In this document: in pieces, positions 1-7,221 of the stretch
Position numbering within the stretch: position 1 is the first letter of the stretch
How the letters are laid out: every line of letters starts with the position of its first letter
Assembly: GCA_021821785.1 (NCBI GenBank)
Contig: JAKACD010000003.1
Span: 8,462-72,461 of the forward strand
Direction of reading: 5' to 3'
Source: Thermoplasmata archaeon
GTDB taxonomy: Archaea > Thermoplasmatota > Thermoplasmata > Lutacidiplasmatales > UBA184
Length of the DNA: 64,000 nt
Made by a program: the position numbers and the translations under genes
The notes under the pieces: generated by a model
Databases searched by the model: none
Told to the model about the DNA's origin: nothing
The model's input: only the letters and a program-made list of their open reading frames with translations

Positions 1-408
1 CTCCTGGACCGCGGCCTTCGGGTCGAGGAACTTGCCGCCGTCCGAGAAGGAGTCGGGGGTAACGTTCACGATCCCCATCACGCGCGGCCGGTCCCCGAGG
101 ACGAGCGTCCGGTGGGCTCCCTTCACCGTGCGCGGGCCGGCGGCGACGTAGCCGCGGAGCGCCCGCTCGACCTCCTCGGAGATCTCCTTGAGCCGGAACG
201 GCTGGCGCTTCAGCTTCGGCAACAGCCGCTGGTACTGGCCCCACGTGGCGAGCAGCACGGTCGGCGTGGTCTCGACCGAGTGGTCGGCGACGCCGCGGGC
301 GTGCGCCGCGTCGCCCCCGACGGAGAGGAGCTCCTGCTTCAGGAGCGGAGCCGCCTTCAGCGGGACCCGATCGAGCCGGACCGGATAGAGGCGCCCCTTA
401 CGGGTCAT
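1..408 (-). CDS. folP: dihydropteroate synthase, N-terminal part (gene runs off the window start)
   Basis: Not in the ORF track. Hand translation of the minus strand gives ...KGAHRTLVLGDRPRVMGIVNVTPDSFSDGGKFLDPKAAVQE, the canonical DHPS N-terminal motif. About 110 aa of N-terminal extension precede it from the ATG at 408. An alternative in-frame GTG lies near 537, and an upstream stop at 562-564. Confidence 0.7.
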   Translation of the reverse strand, partial: MTRKGRLYPVRLDRVPLKAAPLLKQELLSVGGDAAHARGVADHSVETTPTVLLATWGQYQRLLPKLKRQPFRLKEISEEVERALRGYVAAGPRTVKGAHRTLVLGDRPRVMGIVNVTPDSFSDGGKFLDPKAAVQE

Positions 409-630
409 GATCCCGACCCCCTCGGGGTCGCTCTCGGTCCGCTCGATCTCCCGGGCGATCTCGCTGAGCGTCTCGCTCTCGAGGACCCGGGCGTCGTAGC
501 GCCGGCGGAGCGCCCCCGCCGGCCGGACCGCCTTCACGGTCCGGGGGATGTCGATGCGCCGTCAAAAAGGCGGCGGACGCCGAGCGCCAACCCTTTCCTC
601 TCCGGTCGGGGTTCGGCCGAGGGGAACGGG

Positions 631-1398
631 ATGGCGCGTCGGGGCCGGCTCGTGGTGATCGAGGGCCCCTCGGGCGCGGGGAAGACGACGGTCGCCCGAC
701 GCGCCGCCGAGCTCCTCCACGGGTCCTATCTCGCCGAGGCGTTCGACCGTCTCCGCCCCTCCCCCTCGCTCGCCTTCTCGGACGAGGGCGAGCTGTTCGC
801 GATCGAGCGGCGGCTCCTCGCGGAGGAGCGCCGACGCGGGGCGGAGGCCGCCGCGCGCGTCCGCCGGGGCGAGACCGTCTTCGCGGACACCGGCTTTCTC
901 GGCCCGCTCACCTACACGGCCGGCCTGGTCGCCCGGGAAGGCGTCTCGCCCGAGCTGTTCGACCGGATCCGCCTCCTGGCGCGGCGTTCGGGCCGGACCC
1001 GGATCGCCCTCCCCGACCTCGTGGTCTACCTCGACGTCCGCTCCCGCACCGCGCGGGCCCGGGTCGCGGGCGACCCCCTCCGGCACCCGGCCGCCCTCGC
1101 GGGGCGGCACGAGCGGGTCGGCCGGTTCGAGCGCGCGTTCTACGTCACCACGTTCCGCGCCGCCTTCCCCAAGCGGTTCCGCCGTCTCTCGGCCGAGCCC
1201 TCCGTCGAGGAGATCGTGCGCCGCCTCGGCGCGCTCCTCGCGGCGCGGCCTTCGCCCCGCGGACCGCTACGGTCCGGGGCCCGGTCGCTCGACCGCCTCC
1301 TCGAGGGGCTCGTCCGCCGACGGCCCCCCCGCCGGCGGAACGGGCCGGCCGCCAGTCTTAAGAAGGTCGCCCGGTCTGGCCGGGACCCCCTTCCATGA
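631..1398 (+). CDS. P-loop nucleoside/nucleotide kinase-like protein (dNK/thymidylate-kinase-like fold)
   Basis: Internal ATG at 631 of ORF 112..1398. The sequence MARRGRLVVIEGPSGAGKTTVARR carries a Walker A motif. The upstream 173 aa of the tracked ORF are antisense to folP. The stop overlaps the Sm start (ATGA at 1395-1398). Confidence 0.55.
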   Translation: MARRGRLVVIEGPSGAGKTTVARRAAELLHGSYLAEAFDRLRPSPSLAFSDEGELFAIERRLLAEERRRGAEAAARVRRGETVFADTGFLGPLTYTAGLVAREGVSPELFDRIRLLARRSGRTRIALPDLVVYLDVRSRTARARVAGDPLRHPAALAGRHERVGRFERAFYVTTFRAAFPKRFRRLSAEPSVEEIVRRLGALLAARPSPRGPLRSGARSLDRLLEGLVRRRPPRRRNGPAASLKKVARSGRDPLP

Positions 1399-1607
1399 AG
1401 CCGCTCGATCTCCTCCAGCAGAGCCTCCACAAGCGGGTGCTCGTGGAGATGAAGGGCGGCCGCTCCTACCGGGGCGTCCTCGACGCCTACGACCAGCACC
1501 TGAATCTCGTCCTGTCGGCGGCCGAGGAGGTTGTCGGCGGGGAGGTCACTCCGCGCAGCGGGCTCACGCTCGTCCGGGGCGACTCGATCGTCTACATCTC
1601 ACCGTAG
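1395..1607 (+). CDS. Sm-like (LSm/SmAP) RNA-binding protein
   Basis: 70 aa. The Sm1/Sm2 pattern is present: VLVEMKGGRSYRGVLDAYDQHLNLVL...RGDSIVYISP. It lies directly upstream of eL37, a gene pair conserved in archaea. Confidence 0.9.
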   Translation: MKPLDLLQQSLHKRVLVEMKGGRSYRGVLDAYDQHLNLVLSAAEEVVGGEVTPRSGLTLVRGDSIVYISP

Positions 1608-1620
1608 GAGGCACTGACCG

Positions 1621-1782
1621 ATGGGAAAGGGAACACCGGCCCGCCGCGGCGGGAAGATCGTCCACATCATCTGCCGACGCTGCGGACGCCACTCCTACCA
1701 CCGCCAGAAGGGCGTCTGCGCGTCGTGCGGCTTCGGCGACTCTTCGCGCCGGCGCGGCTACCACTGGGCGAAGCTGAAGTGA
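1621..1782 (+). CDS. rpl37e: 50S ribosomal protein L37e (eL37)
   Basis: Below the ORF-track size cutoff, found by hand translation: MGKGTPARRGGKIVHIICRRCGRHSYHRQKGVCASCGFGDSSRRRGYHWAKLK*. It has the C4 zinc ribbon CxxC...CxxC. Confidence 0.9.
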   Translation: MGKGTPARRGGKIVHIICRRCGRHSYHRQKGVCASCGFGDSSRRRGYHWAKLK

Positions 1783-2332
1783 GTCGGCGGCCCCGGCCAC
1801 GCGGCCGAGGACGCGAGACCCACGGGCTCTCGAGAAGCAGATAGCGCAGCCGACGCGCTCGCGCCCGGCGGAGCCCGACGCGGGGGCCGACCGCGATCGG
1901 TCCGCGCCTCCCGCGCGACGGAAAGAGGAGGAACTTGCGACCCCGCGCGGCGTCCGCCCCATCGTCCTCGATGCGGATCCCGAGCGCCCGGCAGAGCCGG
2001 CCCGGTCCGCTCGGGCGGTCCCGCACCTCCCCGAGGGGCGCACCGGCGCGCAGGAGGACCGCCTCCCCCGGCCGGGTCACCAGGTTCGCGCAGACGACCT
2101 GGTGGATGCGGTAGACATAGAGGGTCCCCGGGCGCAGGAACATCGAGCGGTTCCGCCGGGTCGGGCCGCGGTAGGCGTGGTTCGCGGGATCGTGCGCGAC
2201 GTACGCTTCGGTTTCCACGAGGCGGACCGAACGGATCCCCCGACGGTCCCGGACCACGAACCGGTGCCCGAGGAGCTCCCGCGCGACGCGCTCGGTCGGT
2301 CGGTCGAAGAACGCCCGGCCCCGCCGCCGCAT
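1667..2332 (-). CDS. DNA-3-methyladenine glycosylase (MPG/AAG family)
   Basis: Family hallmarks are VETEAYVAHDPANHAYRGPTRRNRSMFLRPGTLYVYRIHQVVCANLV. The Arg-rich C-terminal tail overlaps convergent rpl37e, so the true functional C-terminus may be shorter. Confidence 0.85.
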   Translation of the reverse strand: MRRRGRAFFDRPTERVARELLGHRFVVRDRRGIRSVRLVETEAYVAHDPANHAYRGPTRRNRSMFLRPGTLYVYRIHQVVCANLVTRPGEAVLLRAGAPLGEVRDRPSGPGRLCRALGIRIEDDGADAARGRKFLLFPSRGRRGPIAVGPRVGLRRARARRLRYLLLESPWVSRPRPRGRGRRLTSASPSGSRAGAKSRRSRTTRRRPSGGGRSGVRSVGR

Positions 2333-2342
2333 CGCCCTCCCG

Positions 2343-3452
2343 CTAGAGCACCTTGCCTCGGTCGCAGAGCGGCTGGCCGTCGACCGCGACCGTCGCCTCG
2401 CCGACCGCGAGCCAAGAGAGGTAGCCGCAGCGGTTCCGGCCCCCGTAGAGCGTGTTCCCTCCGATCGCGAGCGTGACCGCGCCCTCCTCCTGGTCCTCGG
2501 CCTGCGGGACGCCGTGGGCGACGGCCGCGTTGAGCCCGAGCGCGAACAGGCTCACCGTCTCACGACCCCGAGGCGCGCCGACGAACTCCGACTCGAAGGC
2601 CTCCCCGCCCTCCGTGTACCAGTAGTTCCGCAGCCGGCCCCCCTCGACCTCCCACTGGCCGCCTTCGGCCCGGCCCCCCGCGAGGTAGCTCGGGCGGTTC
2701 GCGACGATCGTCCCCTGCGCGCTCCGCTCGTCGACCGCCACCACGACCGACCCCGCCGGCGCGGTCGCGAGGTGGCGTCCGAGGCGCAGGTCCTCGGCGT
2801 CGACCCGCCCGTCGTCGACCCACGGGCGTCGGCCGCGCAGGCGGAGGCGGAGCTCGGTGCCGTTCGGGGCCATGACGGTCAGCTCCCGCCCCCGGGAGAG
2901 CAGCCGGGCCGCGCGCGCCGCGCTCGCGCGCAGGGCCCCGTAGTCGACCTCGGTGATCCCGCGGATCAGCTGGCTGCGCCACGTGGCGCCCGGCACGTTC
3001 CAGTGCTCGGCCTGGGCGTCGGAGGCGTAGCCGAGCAGGCAGCGGACCCCGCGGACGCCGGCCGAGCGGGCCTGCATCAGCCACTCGTCGTCGGCGCCGA
3101 GGAACGGCGCGAGCAGGTTCGGCGGCAGGGCATGGAGTCGGGGTCGGTCGGCGGGACCGGGGAAGTAGACCAGCGCGTCGGCGCGCCCGAGCGCCGCCCG
3201 GATCGGCGTCGTGAGCCCGGACCAGCGGCGCGCCGACGGCGCGAGGTCGAGGCTCTTCCAGAACGCCGCCTCGTCCTCGAGCAGGAGGAACGGACGCGCG
3301 CCGACGCGGCGCGCCTCGGTGACGACCGCCGTCGCCCACGGGAGGGTGTGGTTCCAGCTCACCACGGCGAGGTGCTCGCCCTTGCGCAGGGCGAGGGCGC
3401 TCCCGACGAGCGCTCGGGCGACCGCGGGCGGGCTCGCCTCGTCCCCGGGCAT
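2343..3452 (-). CDS. M29 (aminopeptidase T/AmpS/NicX)-like protein
   Basis: Internal ATG at 3452 (MPGDEASPP...), 369 aa. The overall pattern is M29-like, ending ...EDQEEGAVTLAIGGNTLYGGRNRCGYLSWLAVGEATVAVDGQPLCDRGKVL. The upstream 120 aa of the tracked ORF are Arg/Gly/Ser junk overlapping the next gene. Confidence 0.65.
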   Translation of the reverse strand: MPGDEASPPAVARALVGSALALRKGEHLAVVSWNHTLPWATAVVTEARRVGARPFLLLEDEAAFWKSLDLAPSARRWSGLTTPIRAALGRADALVYFPGPADRPRLHALPPNLLAPFLGADDEWLMQARSAGVRGVRCLLGYASDAQAEHWNVPGATWRSQLIRGITEVDYGALRASAARAARLLSRGRELTVMAPNGTELRLRLRGRRPWVDDGRVDAEDLRLGRHLATAPAGSVVVAVDERSAQGTIVANRPSYLAGGRAEGGQWEVEGGRLRNYWYTEGGEAFESEFVGAPRGRETVSLFALGLNAAVAHGVPQAEDQEEGAVTLAIGGNTLYGGRNRCGYLSWLAVGEATVAVDGQPLCDRGKVL

Positions 3453-3477
3453 GACCGCCGGGAAAGGATGCGGGCGA

Positions 3478-4779
3478 TTAAGGATTCGAGCCGCGCCGCA
3501 CGCACGCCACCACGTCCGCGGCCGAGGCGCCGGGCCGGGCGAGCGCCCGGGCGACCCGGACCAGGAGCGCCCCGGCATCGTCGTACGGCGCCGAGAACCC
3601 CACCGTACGGCGTCGGAACGCGAAGCGACGCCACCCGCCGGACCGCCGGGCCGCTCGCTCGACCACCGCCGCGACCCGCCGGCCCCGACCGAAGTCGGCG
3701 AAGTCCTCTCGCACATCGCGCGGGAGACCGGCGGCCCGGGCGAGCGCGAGCAGGCGCTCGAGCTTCTCGGGCCGGTGCCGGCGGATCCGGTGGCCTTCGC
3801 CGAGGATCCCATTGAAGTAGAGGAACGGGCCGCCGACCTCGATCGCCTCGAGCAGCGAGCGGCTCCCGGTCACGATCCGCACGTCGGCCCGGGCGAACCG
3901 GGTGCGCCAGCGCCGCCACGGCTCGGGGTCGGTCGAGATCTTCCATCCCGTCGGGGCGGCAAACGTGCGCCACGGCCGGTTCGTGCGGACGTGGACCGAC
4001 GCCCGGTCGCCGACCGCGCGATGCAGCCCGTCCCGCACGGCCGGGGCGATCCGTTCGGCGCTCGCCGGGCTGGCGTACCACACCCACGCCGGGCGTGCGG
4101 ACCGAGCCTCGTCCCGCGCGGCCGCCCCGCGGCGCTCCGGCCAGAGGGGACCGACCTGGACGGCGGCGGGGAACTCCCGGGCGAACGCGCGGTCGGGCCG
4201 GAACGTGGCGTAGAGGTGGAGGACGTTCGCCCGGTCGAACGCCCGGAACCGCTCGAACGCCGATCGGAACGCCCGCACCTCCTCCGCGGCCGCGGCCCGC
4301 GCGACCCCGTCGGCGAGCGACCGCGAGCGGACCCCACCCTCCCGCAGCCGCTCCCGGGTCTCGGCGAGGCTCGTGAGCGTGCGGGCGAACTCCTCGAGGC
4401 TCACGTGGATCGTGCGGTCCGGCCCGTAGCGGGCCTCGATCTCGGCCGCCTCCTCCGCCCACGGGCCGGGACGCCCGAGCGGGCCGGGTCGGGTGGGGGC
4501 GGCGCTCACTCCGAACGACGGGCTGATCGTGAGGGCAACGGGCCGGGTCGGACGGAGGCGACGTACGCGCCGCAACGGCGGCCAGTCCCACGGTCCTTCG
4601 ACCGCCCGAGGCATCGGTCGACCGGCCGCCCGATAGAGGTGGATGGGCAGACCGACTCTCGCGAGGCGACGGCCGGCGGCGAGGACCTCCTCGATATCGC
4701 CGAGTCCGCCCCCGACGACGGCCGGCAGGAGATAGACATCGACCGGACCGGGCCGGGTCCGAGGCTCAGCGGACGCCAC
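3478..4779 (-). CDS. hypothetical protein, GT-B glycosyltransferase-like (family unresolved)
   Basis: 433 aa. The N-terminal beta-strand plus Gly-rich loop (VDVYLLPAVVGGGLGDIEEVLAAGRRLARVGLPIHLY) and the C-terminal ADVRIVTGSRSLLEAIEVGGPFLYF...H...KLERLL resemble GT-B nucleotide-sugar-binding halves. The start overlaps the upstream GNAT stop by 14 nt. Confidence 0.45.
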   Translation of the reverse strand: MASAEPRTRPGPVDVYLLPAVVGGGLGDIEEVLAAGRRLARVGLPIHLYRAAGRPMPRAVEGPWDWPPLRRVRRLRPTRPVALTISPSFGVSAAPTRPGPLGRPGPWAEEAAEIEARYGPDRTIHVSLEEFARTLTSLAETRERLREGGVRSRSLADGVARAAAAEEVRAFRSAFERFRAFDRANVLHLYATFRPDRAFAREFPAAVQVGPLWPERRGAAARDEARSARPAWVWYASPASAERIAPAVRDGLHRAVGDRASVHVRTNRPWRTFAAPTGWKISTDPEPWRRWRTRFARADVRIVTGSRSLLEAIEVGGPFLYFNGILGEGHRIRRHRPEKLERLLALARAAGLPRDVREDFADFGRGRRVAAVVERAARRSGGWRRFAFRRRTVGFSAPYDDAGALLVRVARALARPGASAADVVACVRRGSNP

Positions 4780-5707
4780 GGTAGAGCGTGAGGACGGGGA
4801 TGGCCTCCCGGAATCCGGCCCCCACGAGCGCGGCCCGGCCTCGTTCGTTCTCTCGCGGGACCATCGCGAGGACCCGAGGGCTCCCCCGGTCCGCGCACCA
4901 TCGGGTCGCGGTCGCGACCAGACCGAGCGCCCGCTCCGGATCGAGCGACTCGGCCAGGATCGGGCTCGAGAGGTGCCCTGCCTCGGTCGCCCGGGAGACC
5001 GCGGCGGCGACCCAGGCGACCGCCCCGGCGCCGTCGTCGATCACCCAGGCGGCGCGTTCGCTCGCGAGGAGGTCCCCTTCCCACGGCGAGCCGGTGAGCT
5101 CCCGCTCGGTGGCGGGCAACACCTCCTCGACGACCGCGGGGCGGACGCGGCGGGCGGTCGCGACCAGCGCACGGGCGTCCTCGGAACGGAACGGGCGAAG
5201 TCCCGGTACGGCGGCCGCGGGCGGCGCGCCGCCGTCGGGCCGTTCCTGGACAAAGTAGGCGGTCTCGCGCAGGGTCCGGAAGCCGAGCCGGTCGTAGAGC
5301 GCGCGCGCGGGCGTGTTCGCGGCGAGGACGTCCAGCACGAGGTACGGTCGTCGCCGGGCGCGGCTCGCGGCCCGGGCCCGCTCGAGGAGCGACTGCGCGA
5401 GGCCTCGACGGCGCCAGGCGGGGTCGACGACGACCATGCTGACATAGCCGGCCCGGCGCGAGAACGTCAGGAGGGTCGTGGCGACGAGACGGCCCGCCTC
5501 CTCGACCACGAAGAAGCGGAAGATCGGTCGGCCGACCAGGCGCAACAGACCGAGGACGAACCGGACGTCCCACCGGAAGATCCGGCGGACGACCTCGAAG
5601 AACCCCTCGGGACGGGTGCCGAGGAGCGCCTCCTCCTCGGGAAAGTACTGTTTCATGAAGCGCAGAAGGTCCGCGGCGTCCCGCCCTTGGAGTTCGCGGA
5701 CCGTCAC
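4766..5707 (-). CDS. GNAT family N-acetyltransferase (two GNAT-like halves)
   Basis: GTG start at 5707 forms a GTGA overlap with the HEAT-protein stop (5704-5706). The acetyl-CoA motif is VVVDPAWRRRGLAQSLLERA...NTPARALYDRLGF. Confidence 0.7.
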   Translation of the reverse strand: MTVRELQGRDAADLLRFMKQYFPEEEALLGTRPEGFFEVVRRIFRWDVRFVLGLLRLVGRPIFRFFVVEEAGRLVATTLLTFSRRAGYVSMVVVDPAWRRRGLAQSLLERARAASRARRRPYLVLDVLAANTPARALYDRLGFRTLRETAYFVQERPDGGAPPAAAVPGLRPFRSEDARALVATARRVRPAVVEEVLPATERELTGSPWEGDLLASERAAWVIDDGAGAVAWVAAAVSRATEAGHLSSPILAESLDPERALGLVATATRWCADRGSPRVLAMVPRENERGRAALVGAGFREAIPVLTLYRGVR

Positions 5708-7209
5708 GGCTCGTCGTCCTCGCCCGAGCTCGGGATCGCCGACTCGAAGAGGAGGCGGACGGTCGGCGGGGCCCGGTCGAGCGCGAGCTCGGGGAGCGGC
5801 AGCCGGGCCGCCCGGTCGAGCTCCTCCTCCGTGAGGCGTTCTCGCGCGTCCACGAGCGCCCGGTGGATGAGCGGGTCGGGGAGGCCGTGCGCAAGGCGGC
5901 CGAGCGCCTGGACGACCGCATCGAAGACGCGGCTCTCCGCGTCGGAGCGGAGGGGGTTCTCCCCCTGCGCGACCCGGAGGTGGTTCGGCACATCGATGGG
6001 GCGCGTCTCGTACAGCAGTCGCACGAGCGCCTCGCGCGCTCCGTCGTCCGCGAGCACGCCGAGCGCCCAGACCGCCGCGAGCCGCACCTCGGCGGCGGGA
6101 TCGAGGAGCTCCTCCCGGATCCGGGGGGCGGCCTCGGCGAGTCCCAGACGGCCGAGGGCGTAGATCGCGCCGCGGCGGGGCCAGGGGTGCTCGTCGCGCA
6201 GCAGGCCGAGCAGCGCGGAGAGGTGGGTCGGTCCCCCGACCGCGCCGAGCGCCACCGCCGCGGCGCCCCGGACCGACCACGCCGGGTCGGTGAGATGGTC
6301 GGCCGCGACCGGCGCGCCCTCCGGAGCGCCCATCTCGCCGAGCGCGTGGATCGCGCAGACGCGGACCCAGTGCGCCGGATGCTCGGCCGCTCGGAGCAGC
6401 TCGGGCAGGGCCTCCCGCGCCCCGATGCGGCCGAGCGCGATCAGCACCGCCGGCTTCTCCCACGTCTCGGGTCGATCGAGAAGGGCGAGGAGCGGGCCCA
6501 CGCTCGTGGGGTCGCGCCGTCGGCCCAGCACGACCGCGGCCGCCACCCGGACCCGACGCGACGGATCGGCGAGGTGGGCGCGGAGGATCGGGAGATCGAC
6601 CGGATCGTCCGAGCGGCCGAGCGCGAGCAGCGCCTCCCGGCGGACCCGGTCGTGCGGGTCCTCGAGGAGCGGGCGAAGGCAGGCACGGGCCTCGTCGGTC
6701 CCCAGCCGACCGAGCGCGGTCGCGACCGCGCGGCGTACCTCGGGAGCGGGATCGTTCCCGTGCGCGGAGAGCACCGGCAGCGAGCGCGCATCCTCGAGAA
6801 GGGCGAGCGCGTAGCCGGCTCGGGTCCGCACCGCCGCTTCGGGATCGGAGAGCGCGTGCTCGAGGGCCTCCCGGCTCTCCGCGTGGCCGATCGCCCCGAG
6901 CGCATCGACCGCCGCCCCCCGCACCGCCGGGTCCGGGTCGGTGAGCGCCGTGACGAGCGTCGAGCGGCCCCGCGGGTCCTTCAGGATCCCGAGCGCGACC
7001 GCAGCCGTCTCCCGGATCCCCGGGACCGGGTCGCTGAGCGCGACCAGGAGTGGACCCAGGTCCGCGACGTACCCCCGCGCCACGCTGGCCCGGATCGCCG
7101 CCGCCCGCTCCGACGGGGTCCGGGGCGGGGTCGTCTTCTTCCGACCGCCCGCGCGTCGGCGCGCGGCCGTCCCGGGCCTCTTCGAGCGATGGCGGGCTCG
7201 GTCGGGCAC
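5704..7209 (-). CDS. HEAT-repeat (PBS-lyase HEAT-like) protein
   Basis: 501 aa with more than 10 tandem repeats of the type L..aL.DpdpaVR..Aa.ALG.iG. The N-terminus is basic. GTG start. Confidence 0.8.
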   Translation of the reverse strand: MPDRARHRSKRPGTAARRRAGGRKKTTPPRTPSERAAAIRASVARGYVADLGPLLVALSDPVPGIRETAAVALGILKDPRGRSTLVTALTDPDPAVRGAAVDALGAIGHAESREALEHALSDPEAAVRTRAGYALALLEDARSLPVLSAHGNDPAPEVRRAVATALGRLGTDEARACLRPLLEDPHDRVRREALLALGRSDDPVDLPILRAHLADPSRRVRVAAAVVLGRRRDPTSVGPLLALLDRPETWEKPAVLIALGRIGAREALPELLRAAEHPAHWVRVCAIHALGEMGAPEGAPVAADHLTDPAWSVRGAAAVALGAVGGPTHLSALLGLLRDEHPWPRRGAIYALGRLGLAEAAPRIREELLDPAAEVRLAAVWALGVLADDGAREALVRLLYETRPIDVPNHLRVAQGENPLRSDAESRVFDAVVQALGRLAHGLPDPLIHRALVDARERLTEEELDRAARLPLPELALDRAPPTVRLLFESAIPSSGEDDEP

Positions 7210-7221
7210 GCCGAGCGGACC

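Noticed and set aside
112-630. N-terminal 173 aa of tracked ORF 112..1398
   Set aside because: It is antisense to the folP N-terminal region. The P-loop kinase domain begins at the internal ATG at 631.
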